From an uncultured Gemmatimonadales bacterium (GTDB lineage Bacteria > Gemmatimonadota > Gemmatimonadetes > Gemmatimonadales > GWC2-71-9), in the NCBI GenBank assembly GCA_963825055.1, contig CAWGSK010000034.1, positions 1-64,000 on the forward strand: a stretch of DNA of 64,000 nt, read 5' to 3'. The notes below the pieces were generated by a model. It saw nothing but the letters and a program-made list of their open reading frames with translations, ran no database searches and was not told the origin of the DNA. A program made the translations under genes and the position numbers. This document shows, in pieces, positions 29,267-39,147 of the stretch (position 1 is the stretch's first letter; each line of letters begins with the position of its first letter).

Positions 29267-30189
29267 CGGTGCATCGCGATGCGGGCGTTCTGGTCGGCGA
29301 GCAGGCCGACCGCCCAGACGATGAGCGCGCCCAGCAGCGCCAGGACCGCGCTCTCGGACAGGTTGTCCAGGGTGACGTCGTAGATGAACTTCGCGATCCC
29401 GGCGACGGCAAGGACGGCGCCTGCCGGGATGAACACCTTGAGCGGGTTGAAGAAGACGATCGTCCGCAGAATCAGGAGCAGGAAGTCATACGCGTGCCGC
29501 GGCCGGATCTTCGACTGCCCGAGCCGGGCATGGTAGTCGATGGGCACGTACAGGACGTCATGGTCGTTGCAGGCCGACGCCAGCGTGATGGTCGTGGTGA
29601 AGGAGAAGCCCGAGGGCAGCAGGTGCTCGTACCGCCGGACGAGGTCCTTCCGCATGAGCCGGAGGCCCGAGTTGATGTCCGGCAGGTTCTGCCCGGCCAG
29701 GTAGCTGGCCAGCCACCGGAGGAACGCTTTCGCGGGGCGCCGGACCAGCGGGATCTTCACGGTGGAGCCGGTTCGCGCGCCCACCACCATCGCCTGCCCG
29801 CGGCTCTGCTCGAGCATGCCGGGAATCGCCTCGACGGGATAGGTCCCGTCGGCGTCGGTGATCAGGATCCAGTCGTAGGCCGACTCGCGAATCCCGAGCT
29901 TGAGCGACGCGCCATACCCGCGGTTCCGGTTGCGGCGCAGCACCCTGGCCCCCGTGGTCGCGGCCGCCTCCGCGGTGCCGTCGGTCGAGCCGTCGTCCAC
30001 CACGATGATCTCGAACTTCCACCCGGTCTCGCGGAGCACCCGCTGGACCTCCCGGACCTGGTCGGCGACGTGCTCGCCCTCATTGAATGCGGGGATGACC
30101 ACGGAGACGGCATTGTCGATGGCCACACGATGCTCGTCCAGCACTTCTTCGATCACGCCGGGGCCCTCGTTCTGGAGCAGGGAAGTCAT
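29263..30189 (-). CDS. DPM1/GtrB-like polyprenyl-phosphate glycosyltransferase (GT2)
   Basis: SVVIPAFNE, VDDGSTD, NRGYG, TDADGTY, DINSGLR, RLGQSKI; two C-terminal TMs. Confidence 0.88.
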   Translation of the reverse strand: MTSLLQNEGPGVIEEVLDEHRVAIDNAVSVVIPAFNEGEHVADQVREVQRVLRETGWKFEIIVVDDGSTDGTAEAAATTGARVLRRNRNRGYGASLKLGIRESAYDWILITDADGTYPVEAIPGMLEQSRGQAMVVGARTGSTVKIPLVRRPAKAFLRWLASYLAGQNLPDINSGLRLMRKDLVRRYEHLLPSGFSFTTTITLASACNDHDVLYVPIDYHARLGQSKIRPRHAYDFLLLILRTIVFFNPLKVFIPAGAVLAVAGIAKFIYDVTLDNLSESAVLALLGALIVWAVGLLADQNARIAMHR

Positions 30190-31826
30190 CGGGACACCAT
30201 CACCACGACCGCGCCACCGCCGACGGTACCGGGGAAGACGGCCGCCGTATCGTAGCGGCTCTGCAACCGGTTCCAGATGTCGGGATGTACGGCCGAGAGT
30301 CGGATCGGAAAGGTATAGAGCAGCCAGGTCTTCCGGTGCCGGCGCTCAATCTCCTCCAGCGTCTGGAGGTTGTCAACCGAGGGCCACGTGGTCCCGTAGT
30401 ACCGGGTGTACGGGTATGCCGTGAGGTCCACCGAGACGACGGCATCATCCCGCCCCGCCATCGAGGTCACGTAACGCGCGGCCCCCTCGTAGTCCTGCTT
30501 CGGCCCCCACGCCCGCCGGACCCCGAGCACGCTGCCCAGGATCACGAGGGTGAGCGCCGCCGTGGCGGGAACGGCGTTGGCGCCGGGCAGCACGGCCCGG
30601 ACCGCCTCAAACACCCCCCGCACCGCAATCATCAGCGCGAAGCCCGCGGCAAAGAAGAAGAACCGGGGCCAGAGGTTGTGGGCGACGACGAACATGAGAC
30701 AGGCCGTCACCAGCACGGGAACGACCAGCATGGCCGCGACCGCGCGGTTGCGGCGCCACCAGCTCACGAGCCCGCCGGCCAGCACCACCCCGCCGAGTAT
30801 CAGGCTCACCATGCCGCCGGGAAGCCCCCGGCTCAGTCCCCGCATCGTCTCGGCGACCATCCAGAGCGGGCTCTTCCACGCCGTGGCGGTCCCCTCCATG
30901 GTGGGCGTGAGCACGGTGTGCACCAGCTGGGGCAGCACCGGGGCGTACACCAGCAGCGTCAGGAAGGCGGACAGCCCGATCGCGAGGGCCGGGGCAAGCC
31001 GGCCGCGGTCCCCGCGCCGCGCCGCCAGGGCGGCCCAGATGAGGGCATGAGCGATCACCACGAACGCGCCGGTCACATGGGTCCAGCTCGCCAGGCCCAT
31101 CGCCACGGCGTAGAGCAGCACCATCCGGCCGCGCCGTTCCGGGCGTCCGGCCAGCAGCTCGAGGAAGGCCAGGCTTCCCACCAGCGACCAGAGCAGCAGG
31201 CCGGTGTAGCCGCGGGCGTTCTGGGAAAACCAGACGTGCTGGTAGCTGAAGGTGAGCAGCGCCAGGACCAGCATCGCCTCCATCCGGCTGCCGGCCCGGC
31301 GGGCGAAGCGCCAGGCCGCCCACAGGCTCGCAATGCCCAGGAGGGCCGCGGGAAGGCGGAGTGCCCAGTTCGACTCGCCGAACGAGAGGAACGAGAGGCG
31401 TGCCAGGACGGAGTAGAGGAGGTGGTTGTTCTGGCTGTCGTAGGTCGTGAGGATCTGGCCCAGCGGGAGCCGGACGTAATTCACGAGGGTCTCGATCTCA
31501 TCATACCAGAGACCGGTCCCGAGATCGGTCAGCCGGAGGAGGACTCCCACGGCGACGAACCCGAATGCTGCCCAGAGCTCTGCCCTCGAGAAAGCGGCCG
31601 GCTCCGGCAGGTCCACGAGCGGGGCACCGCGCTCGAGCGGGAGCATCCCCCAGAAGGCGGCCAGCACGGCGAGGAGTGCCAGGATTCCCTTGAAGATCCA
31701 GAACCCGGACGCAACCGTACCGACGAGGGCGGGGGACGCCATCGCCACGGCCAGGCCGTCGGCGGGAATCAGGATGGCCGCCAGGGCGAGCACTGCGGCC
31801 CCGGCGAGGCGGAATCTGGACATCAT
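30186..31826 (-). CDS. GT-C glycosyltransferase (GT39/ArnT-like)
   Basis: LRL..LG..LWYDE, LRLPAALLG, SQNARGY, WPRFF. Confidence 0.8.
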   Translation of the reverse strand: MMSRFRLAGAAVLALAAILIPADGLAVAMASPALVGTVASGFWIFKGILALLAVLAAFWGMLPLERGAPLVDLPEPAAFSRAELWAAFGFVAVGVLLRLTDLGTGLWYDEIETLVNYVRLPLGQILTTYDSQNNHLLYSVLARLSFLSFGESNWALRLPAALLGIASLWAAWRFARRAGSRMEAMLVLALLTFSYQHVWFSQNARGYTGLLLWSLVGSLAFLELLAGRPERRGRMVLLYAVAMGLASWTHVTGAFVVIAHALIWAALAARRGDRGRLAPALAIGLSAFLTLLVYAPVLPQLVHTVLTPTMEGTATAWKSPLWMVAETMRGLSRGLPGGMVSLILGGVVLAGGLVSWWRRNRAVAAMLVVPVLVTACLMFVVAHNLWPRFFFFAAGFALMIAVRGVFEAVRAVLPGANAVPATAALTLVILGSVLGVRRAWGPKQDYEGAARYVTSMAGRDDAVVSVDLTAYPYTRYYGTTWPSVDNLQTLEEIERRHRKTWLLYTFPIRLSAVHPDIWNRLQSRYDTAAVFPGTVGGGAVVVMVSR

Positions 31827-31862
31827 CTCTCGGCGGTGGATCGTTGGTTACCGATTCAGTGA

Positions 31863-31878
31863 AGCAAGCTTCGTTCCA
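31863..31878 (-). promoter_or_regulatory. sigma54 promoter of the 31826-to-24336 operon
   Basis: minus strand TGGAAC-GAAGC-TTGCT with GG-N10-GC spacing. Confidence 0.7.
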
Positions 31879-31926
31879 CCGCATGCAATTCGCGGCACAC
31901 AGGCCTGCAGCCGCCAGCCATGATGT

Positions 31927-31951
31927 TAAATCATTATGTCACAGATACTTA
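31927..31951. promoter_or_regulatory. AT-rich TAAATC-N14-ACTTA element (IHF-like/architectural site candidate)
   Basis: same spacing as GAAGTC-N14-ACTTG (48537) and TAAGTT-N14-ATTTA (54693). Confidence 0.4.
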
Positions 31952-31966
31952 CGGTGTGATACCCGT

Positions 31967-33439
31967 TCAGGGCAAGGGGGCGAAGATCACGACCAGAGCA
32001 TCGTCATCTCCGGATGGTGCGGGGTGCTGTCGCAGGAGCGCAGTTCCCGGGCGGGATGCCGAGTGTCCACCGATGGCGATCCGGCCGTCGGCACTCAGGG
32101 CGACGGACCGCCCGCGCTCTGGCATGGTTCCTCCGACGAGCGCACCGCCGAGCAGACCATCCATGCGGGCACTCGTTACTGCGACCCAGACATCATCTTC
32201 GGTCCGCTGGCGCCGGAGGCCGGGGAAGTCCCCGCTCTTGGTCCCTCCCGTCACATATGCGCGCCCCAGCCCATCCACGTCGATTCCCTCCGACCAGTCT
32301 GCCCGGCTTCCGCCCAGGTAGGTAGCCCCAAGGAGCCGGCTGCCATCCGGCGCGATGGCGGCCAGGAAGGCATCCGGGCGCCGGTATCCCGCACTGCCGG
32401 GCCGGGTCTGCCAGGCGCCCGGCGTGACCGGAAAGTCCCGCGAAGTGGTGGGGCCCGTAACAAACACCGAGCCGTCAGGACCAACGGCGAGCTGGTGCGT
32501 TTCGGCACTCTCATATCCCGAGCCACCCACGTAATTCCCCCAGAGCAGGCGGGACCCGTCGAGAGACAGTTTTGCCACGAAGACATCGGAGTCGCCATGC
32601 TTGGCCCGGCCGAACCCGGTGGCCGGCATGTCCGGCGAGCGGGTATACAGGGCGACATAGACGCCTGTACTGTCTACCCGCACGGTGTTGGTGTTGCCCT
32701 CGTTGCCCGATCCACCGAGCCACGTCGCCCACAAGACCGCCGTGCCGTCGCCCCGGACTTTCGCGAGCAGTGCGTCTCGCCCGCCGGCACGCTCCGGCTG
32801 GAGGGCATGGGCGAACCAGGCGGCGGGGAAGGTTCCGGTCTCCGCGGATGAGACGATATAGAGATCACCGGCGGCATCGATGGCAATGTCGCGGATGGGG
32901 ACGTGGTCTTCGTTGCCGAACCAGGAACAAAAGCGGATGGCCCCGTCCTCCGGGGCCAGTCGGCAGATGAACCCATCCTGCTCCCCATAGCCTGCCCCGG
33001 GCTCGCGGCCACCGGCAAACCTCGTCTGCAGCGCGCCTGGTGTGACGGGAAAATCGCCGCCGGCGCGGCCCACGGCATACACTGATCCATCCGGCGCCAC
33101 TTCCAGGCCATAGATGCGCTCGTACCCGCTGCCACCGATCAGCCGGGACCAGCGGACGGAGCCGTCGGGACCCAGCTTCACGATGAAGGCGTCGCTTGGT
33201 CCCTGGAGGACGCTGCCGTCGGTGGTCGGGAAATCCGGGCTCTGCGTGCTCCCGGCCACGTAGAGGTTTCCTTGCCGGTCCCAGGCGACGTCCCGGGCCA
33301 TGTCGTCCCGGCTGCCGCCGATGGTAGCGACCAGCTCCGTGCGGAGATTCGGCACGGCAGCACGCTGGGCCGGAGCCTGTCGGCAGCACAGCAGGCTGGT
33401 CGCCAGAGTCAGCAGGAACTTTCCTCCGGCATGTCTCAC
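31967..33439 (-). CDS. secreted SBBP-type seven-bladed beta-propeller protein
   Basis: signal-like N-terminus; repeats D..G..YV.G.T.S.DFP and DAFIVKL/DGFICRL/DALLAKV/DVFVAKL/DAFLAAI. Confidence 0.8.
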   Translation of the reverse strand: MRHAGGKFLLTLATSLLCCRQAPAQRAAVPNLRTELVATIGGSRDDMARDVAWDRQGNLYVAGSTQSPDFPTTDGSVLQGPSDAFIVKLGPDGSVRWSRLIGGSGYERIYGLEVAPDGSVYAVGRAGGDFPVTPGALQTRFAGGREPGAGYGEQDGFICRLAPEDGAIRFCSWFGNEDHVPIRDIAIDAAGDLYIVSSAETGTFPAAWFAHALQPERAGGRDALLAKVRGDGTAVLWATWLGGSGNEGNTNTVRVDSTGVYVALYTRSPDMPATGFGRAKHGDSDVFVAKLSLDGSRLLWGNYVGGSGYESAETHQLAVGPDGSVFVTGPTTSRDFPVTPGAWQTRPGSAGYRRPDAFLAAIAPDGSRLLGATYLGGSRADWSEGIDVDGLGRAYVTGGTKSGDFPGLRRQRTEDDVWVAVTSARMDGLLGGALVGGTMPERGRSVALSADGRIAIGGHSASRPGTALLRQHPAPSGDDDALVVIFAPLP

Positions 33440-35211
33440 CTGGCGGGCTCCAGCTGCACCTTGCCCTTTGTGATCGACAGCGTCCAGAGCTCGCGTCCAG
33501 GCCAGGCGTCGAGAATGGCGTCGTGTATACCTGGCAGGTCCCGCGCGAAGAGGATTCGACTCTGTTCCAGGGGGTAGGCGTTCAGCGGAAACGTGGATTT
33601 CCAGGCCCAGTCGCCCGGCTGCACCAGAACCAGGGCGTGGTCGAGATGCCGGCGCTTGACCTCCCGGCGGACGATCGCGGAAGATCCGCGGTAGTTGTCA
33701 CCGTATTCCCGGACCAGCGGCGGCAGCGCGAATAGCGCCACATGTGCGAGGAGCGCGGCCAGCGCCGCGGCGGCCACCCGCGGGGCGCCCGAGCCGCCAT
33801 CTGCCCCCGGCCGGCCCTCGACCAGCCGGGCGAGCAGGACCGCAAGGGCCGGCAGCGCGAGGTAGAGGTGGCGCGACCCGTACGCAATGCCATGGTAGAA
33901 ATGGAAGAAGTACACGCCCGCGAGGGCCATCGCGGAGGCCGTCAGCATCAGCGTCCACTCGTCGAACAGGGATCGGCGCCGCTGCCAGGCGAGGAAGGGC
34001 AGGGCGAAGACCAGCAGCGGGAGGCCGTAGACGTCCCTCGCGAACTGCACCACACGGTAGGCGGTAACCCGCACGGCGTCAGGGGGATGGAAGCCCGGCC
34101 ATTCGTCGCCGTGCATCTTCGTGCCCATGTCGTCGCCGAACCCGATACCGAAGCGTTCGTTCGGGTTCCGCGCCTCGAAGTACTTCGTGACCGGCATCTG
34201 CATCGGGTCGCCGGTCAGCGCTCGGTCGTACGCAAGCGTGCCGGCGATACCGCCCGTCGCAAGCAAACCCGTCACCAGCGCCGGCAGGACCAGGCGGCGG
34301 TCGTGCCACAGGCGGACCAGTCCCTGAATGGCAAACGGAAGGGTCACGGCCGCAGTGTCCACCGGGCGGACCAGCAGGTTGAGCGCGACGGCGAGCCCGG
34401 CGACGGCCGCCCACCCGAGGCTCCGGGTGGCGAGCATCCGCGCCCAGGTCCAGCAGAAGAGACCGAACAGCAGCAGGTTGGCCGGGTGCGACATGTAGGT
34501 GCCGTTCATGAACAGGACGAACGGCGAAACCGTGAGCAGGGCCAGCGCGAGGCGGCTGGTGCGGCGGTCGAGGGCCGTCTCCCGGAAGAAGCCCGCGAAG
34601 GCGAGAATCGCGAGCGCCCCGAGAAGCGGATTCACCAGCCACGGCGCGTGCACCGCGTATCCCGCCGCCAGGAACAGGGGCCACCCCGGATTCATGATCC
34701 CGTACCACCGGTCCCCGTCCACGAACGTATGAATGAAGGTCCAGGCATCAACCGGGGAGGGCGCAGGGAAATACAATTGGCCGTGGGCCAGCGCCCGGGC
34801 CTGAAACTGGTAGGCGACCTCGTCGGAGACGTGGGGGAAGTTCTGCAGGACCAGCAGTCCCGCGGCGAGGGCGAGGATCATGCCGGCCAGGGCGATCGTC
34901 AACGGCCGGAGCGTCCCGGTGAACCGCGCAATGCGTGCGGCGAGGGCGTCGAAGCGGAGGAAGAGCACCGCCAGTGCCACCCAGGCCACCGCGCTCGCCA
35001 CGAAATAGGAGGCTTCGGTCCCGACGTCGATGTATCGCGCGGCCAGCAGCATCGTGATGCCGGCCATTGCCAGAGCGCCGAGGAGGGCCGGTCCTTGGCC
35101 GTGGAGCGCATCACGCAGGTCACGGATGGCCTGGCGGATGCCCGTGGGGCGGGAGACGGCCAGGGCGGCCACGCTCAGTACGAGGGCAGCGGCCATCGGG
35201 TATCGGCTCAT
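33436..35211 (-). CDS. GT-C-like membrane glycosyltransferase
   Basis: PHVSDEVAYQFQA, PGWP, SPF...TYMSHP, LVRP, YGSRHLY; many TMs. Confidence 0.72.
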   Translation of the reverse strand: MSRYPMAAALVLSVAALAVSRPTGIRQAIRDLRDALHGQGPALLGALAMAGITMLLAARYIDVGTEASYFVASAVAWVALAVLFLRFDALAARIARFTGTLRPLTIALAGMILALAAGLLVLQNFPHVSDEVAYQFQARALAHGQLYFPAPSPVDAWTFIHTFVDGDRWYGIMNPGWPLFLAAGYAVHAPWLVNPLLGALAILAFAGFFRETALDRRTSRLALALLTVSPFVLFMNGTYMSHPANLLLFGLFCWTWARMLATRSLGWAAVAGLAVALNLLVRPVDTAAVTLPFAIQGLVRLWHDRRLVLPALVTGLLATGGIAGTLAYDRALTGDPMQMPVTKYFEARNPNERFGIGFGDDMGTKMHGDEWPGFHPPDAVRVTAYRVVQFARDVYGLPLLVFALPFLAWQRRRSLFDEWTLMLTASAMALAGVYFFHFYHGIAYGSRHLYLALPALAVLLARLVEGRPGADGGSGAPRVAAAALAALLAHVALFALPPLVREYGDNYRGSSAIVRREVKRRHLDHALVLVQPGDWAWKSTFPLNAYPLEQSRILFARDLPGIHDAILDAWPGRELWTLSITKGKVQLEPAR

Positions 35212-36719
35212 GTCCGTTCCCTGAGTTGGGTGGGCATCCAGCGCCACAGCACGAGGAATCCGGCTGCGGTGCCGGCATACAGGAGGATCCCCAGCAGCGG
35301 GCGCAGCGCCCAGTCACGCTCGAGATACCATCCCTGGTTCAGGACCGGGATCATGAGACAGAACGCGAACGCGGCCCAGGCGGCCGGGGAGCGCCAGAGC
35401 AGGGCGGCCGCCGGCAGCAGCCAGATGGCAAACCAGGGCCAGACGTGGCCGACACCGGCGAGGAGGATCAGGGCGAACCCCGCCAGGACGACGGAGACGA
35501 GCCGGAGGAACTCGGGCTGCCGGCAGTAGCGGATGACCGTCACCAGCAGGCCGGCGCCCAGCAGGGCCTCGACCGCCCTGGTCAGAAGGGCGGTGTTGAG
35601 CCGCAGGCCGGCGAGTGCGGCCAGGTCCCGGACCGTCGTGGCAGGGGTCCAGAAGACCCAGCCACGCATCCGGGCTGCTTCCTCGAACATTCCCGGGCCG
35701 CGATAGAAGGGGAGGAAGGCAAGCAGCATGACGGCTGTCGCGCCGAGGGCCGAGGCCAGATAGGCCCGGCGGGAGGCCCGCCGGAGATACAGGGCCAGGG
35801 CATCGAGCAGGGCAAACGGGGCGCTGACATACTTGATAAGCACCGAGGCCGCCAGCGCGAACGGCGACAACCGGAACCGCTCCCGGAACACCAGGTACAG
35901 CCAGAGAGTGAACAGGGCGACCATGACGATGTCGTTGTGACCTTCGATGATGGCCATCTCCGACGACATCGGCATCCAGCCGAAAATGCACATTGCGATG
36001 GCGGCGGATGCCTCGTAGCCCTGCGCCCGTGCCATACGGCCGATGAGCAGCATCGTTGCCAGCCACGCGACCACCAGCACCCCCTTGCCCAGCATGTAGC
36101 CGAGGAAGACAGAGCTGCCCGCCACGATCGCGAGGCCGCCGTTGAGCACGGCCCAGAGCGGCCCGTAGGTCATCAGGTCCCCGTAGTCCTGGCGCGGCAC
36201 GCCTCGCAGCGCGTCGACCGTAAAGGTCTCGTAGTAGGGATTATGCCCGCTCGCCACCATGCGTCCCCAACCGATGGACAGCCAGAAGTCATTGGTAAAC
36301 ATCGGATAGGCCAGGATGCCGAGCAGTGCCACGGCTGCTGCGGTCCGGAAGATCATTCTGGAGGTGTCGGTCGTGACCAGCCGGCGGTGCATCACCAGCG
36401 CCCGCAGCGCCAGGATGAACAGAACCGTCGTGCCGACGACGGGCAGGAGATAGGCGGCCGCGCGTATCGGGGGAGACGCGAGTATGGAGTCGCCGGTGAG
36501 CCATCCATTCAACACCCCACCGGGCCTCGCCGTCAGGTGGACGGCCTCCAGGAGGCGGCCGAACATGAGGATCTCCTCCGGCTGGCGCACGCCCAGCGGC
36601 GTGAAGGGAGCGATCCCGAAAGAGATCGGCACGAGCAGGGCCGCGCAGAAGACGATTCCGAGCCCGCACCGCCGGATGAATCCGTCCAGGTCCATCGGAG
36701 GCGGCGAAGGAGGCGTCAT
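35208..36719 (-). CDS. GT-C polyprenyl-phospho-sugar-dependent glycosyltransferase (MptA/B alpha-1,6-mannosyltransferase-like)
   Basis: FTNDFW..GR....G.NPY, YGPLW, EGHNDIVM, IKY, WPWFAIW. Confidence 0.75.
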   Translation of the reverse strand: MTPPSPPPMDLDGFIRRCGLGIVFCAALLVPISFGIAPFTPLGVRQPEEILMFGRLLEAVHLTARPGGVLNGWLTGDSILASPPIRAAAYLLPVVGTTVLFILALRALVMHRRLVTTDTSRMIFRTAAAVALLGILAYPMFTNDFWLSIGWGRMVASGHNPYYETFTVDALRGVPRQDYGDLMTYGPLWAVLNGGLAIVAGSSVFLGYMLGKGVLVVAWLATMLLIGRMARAQGYEASAAIAMCIFGWMPMSSEMAIIEGHNDIVMVALFTLWLYLVFRERFRLSPFALAASVLIKYVSAPFALLDALALYLRRASRRAYLASALGATAVMLLAFLPFYRGPGMFEEAARMRGWVFWTPATTVRDLAALAGLRLNTALLTRAVEALLGAGLLVTVIRYCRQPEFLRLVSVVLAGFALILLAGVGHVWPWFAIWLLPAAALLWRSPAAWAAFAFCLMIPVLNQGWYLERDWALRPLLGILLYAGTAAGFLVLWRWMPTQLRERT

Positions 36720-37444
36720 CGCGCCGGCCGCGCGTCGTCGGGCGCTCCACGACTGAACAGGTACACGACGTGGGGATAGGGGAGCCAGTCGGTGATCGGA
36801 TACGCCTCCATGCTGAACGACGCGTCGACCAGTCCGCGGAACTGATCGGCGGTCCAGTACCACATGTCGAAGCTCCGCGTCATCAGTACATCGAGCAGCC
36901 AGGTGAAGCCAAGTTTGTAGGCCGGTTGCCGCATGATGTCCTTGATGACCAGGTGCCCGCCCGGCTCCAGCCGGGGGAGTACACTCTCGATAAGGTGCCG
37001 TTTGCCCGTGTCGGGAATGTGGTGCAGCAGGTCCATCATCAGGATACCGTCGTAGGTCGTGTCCAGTGGCAGGTCACCGCAGGCATCTCCGACTTCAAAC
37101 TGGACGTTGTCGAGTCCCAGGCGCGCGGCCGCGCGACGCGCCATGGCGATGCGACCCTCGTCGAGGTCGAATCCCTGATAGACCAGGCCCGGATTCCTGG
37201 CCGCGAAATACAGGCCGAACAGGCCGAATCCGCACCCGATCTCCAGCACGTGCTGCTTGCGGCGCAGGCAGAGCTGGAGCATGTGCAGGATGTTGATGTT
37301 GATGATCATGAACCGCACCTTGCAGTAGGCGCGGACGAGTGTGGAGTCGTAGGCGTCGATGATCTCGCGGAGAATCTCGCGCTGCGCACGCAGGTCGCTG
37401 GCGATCCGGGCGCGTGAGCGGCTCATGGGCGTAGTGGACAACAT
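36716..37444 (-). CDS. class I SAM-dependent methyltransferase
   Basis: VLEIGCGFG, GFDLD, DLLHHIP, LEPGGHLVI. Confidence 0.88.
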   Translation of the reverse strand: MLSTTPMSRSRARIASDLRAQREILREIIDAYDSTLVRAYCKVRFMIININILHMLQLCLRRKQHVLEIGCGFGLFGLYFAARNPGLVYQGFDLDEGRIAMARRAAARLGLDNVQFEVGDACGDLPLDTTYDGILMMDLLHHIPDTGKRHLIESVLPRLEPGGHLVIKDIMRQPAYKLGFTWLLDVLMTRSFDMWYWTADQFRGLVDASFSMEAYPITDWLPYPHVVYLFSRGAPDDARPAR

Positions 37445-39147
37445 TATCTCCGGGGGTAACGGTAGAGCTGGACCGAGTCGGCGGCGAATACCGCCGGGCC
37501 ATAGCGTGCTCTGAGGCGGTTGCGGCGCGACAGGTCATCGCCATGGAGAATGAAGATGTAGGCCGGCCGGTCAAGTGCCGCGACATAGCGCATGTCTTCC
37601 GGCGTCAGGCTGTCCCCCTCGACCGCCGCCGCGGCAATGGCCACGCGTCGGGGCGCGTCCGGGTTGGCGTCCACCATGTAGCTGTCCAGGTAGGCGGTGA
37701 ACAGTGGATGCCCCGTCATGACGGGCAGTTCGGGTTGGTTGCCCATCGCCGTGAGGATCGGGCGCCCCGGGTCGGCGATGATCATGGCATCCGGTTCCGC
37801 GTTCGTCCGGATCCAGTGGTACGCGCTGGCCAGGGGCCCGTCAGCCGGCTGGCGGGCCAGGCCACCATCGGCCATCACCGCCGGAATCGGCGGACGGTCC
37901 AGGTAGGACAGCAGGACGACGGCGGAGGAGATGGAAAAGCAGACCACAATCGCGATGCTCCAGAGGACCCGCCGTCCCCAGTTCCAGCTTGCGGCCGGGA
38001 CAAGGGCCGCCGCCGCCGCAGGCGCAATCAGGAAGCCCGCGGCGTGGAAGAAATTGGAATCATTCCCCCGCGGCAGGATGATCACCAGCGCGGCGAGGAG
38101 CTGCAGGGCCGTCGCGATGAGCAGGGCGACCATGAATTGCCGCACCGGGCCGGTGGAGCGCCAGGCGCCGATGAGGCCCAGCGCCACGACCGGCCCGGCG
38201 CTGGCGATCACCGCCACCAGCACCTCCCGCCGGAGGCCCAGGGCAATGCCGCCGCCACCGGCGCGGGCAAAGAGGTGGTAGTAGGTCGGACTGCCCAGCA
38301 GCAGACCCGCCACAATCGCACCGGCGGCCAGCAGCCAGGGGCGACGATTCTCCACGAGCGGGAGTCCGACACGCAGGGCGGCGGGCATCAGCGCCACCGC
38401 GCCCAGCCCCGCCGCGAGGGACAGCCCGGCCGGCAGGCCGACCATCGGCGCCAGGGCGGAGCCCAGGGCGGCCACCCCCCCTGTGGCGACCGCCCAGCGC
38501 ATCCGTACGGTTGTCAGGTAGTTGGCCAGGCACCAGATGAGGATCAGCAGAAGGGCGAGGCCGACCGGTCGCGACGTCACGTTGAGAAAGAAGCTCGTGA
38601 GCGGACCGTAGAGGCTGCTCCGGTCCGAAATTCGAGCCATCGTGATCATCGGGTGGGCCAACCCCCAGAGGTAGACGCCCGTATCCGGGGGCGGCCGGTT
38701 TCCGAGCGCGAGGAGCGCCAGAAACCTCCAGCCTCCGAGCACGTTGGTCCCGGCGATTGCAAGGAGGCCGACGAAGAGCCCACCCGAGAGGCTGCCGAAG
38801 AGGCGCCGTCCGAGCAGGGCGCCGGCGACCCACAGGCCAACCAGTGACATCCCGACCAGGACCTCCACGGCATACAGCGGATTCAACCCGGTGGCCCGGG
38901 CGATCATGGCCAGGACATAATGGTAGAACCAGTAGTACGGGATGGGCTCGCCCGCATAGAACGGGTTCAGGGGGCGATGCAGGTCGGCCGGCCCCTGGAA
39001 CTCGCCGATGACCGCCAGGTGCAGCATGCCGTGAGCGTTCACCATCGTGCGGAAGCTGTCGGCGTGGACGTACCTCACCAGGGCGATGCAGAGGGCCGCG
39101 GCAAAGCAGGCCCAGCCCACACTCGCGATGCGTGACGGCGTGTTCAT
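37444..39147 (-). CDS. polytopic membrane protein, possibly GT-C-like
   Basis: NPFYAGEPIPYYWFYH loop, more than 10 TMs, C-terminal WIRTN..PDA soluble domain. Confidence 0.55.
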   Translation of the reverse strand: MNTPSRIASVGWACFAAALCIALVRYVHADSFRTMVNAHGMLHLAVIGEFQGPADLHRPLNPFYAGEPIPYYWFYHYVLAMIARATGLNPLYAVEVLVGMSLVGLWVAGALLGRRLFGSLSGGLFVGLLAIAGTNVLGGWRFLALLALGNRPPPDTGVYLWGLAHPMITMARISDRSSLYGPLTSFFLNVTSRPVGLALLLILIWCLANYLTTVRMRWAVATGGVAALGSALAPMVGLPAGLSLAAGLGAVALMPAALRVGLPLVENRRPWLLAAGAIVAGLLLGSPTYYHLFARAGGGGIALGLRREVLVAVIASAGPVVALGLIGAWRSTGPVRQFMVALLIATALQLLAALVIILPRGNDSNFFHAAGFLIAPAAAAALVPAASWNWGRRVLWSIAIVVCFSISSAVVLLSYLDRPPIPAVMADGGLARQPADGPLASAYHWIRTNAEPDAMIIADPGRPILTAMGNQPELPVMTGHPLFTAYLDSYMVDANPDAPRRVAIAAAAVEGDSLTPEDMRYVAALDRPAYIFILHGDDLSRRNRLRARYGPAVFAADSVQLYRYPRR

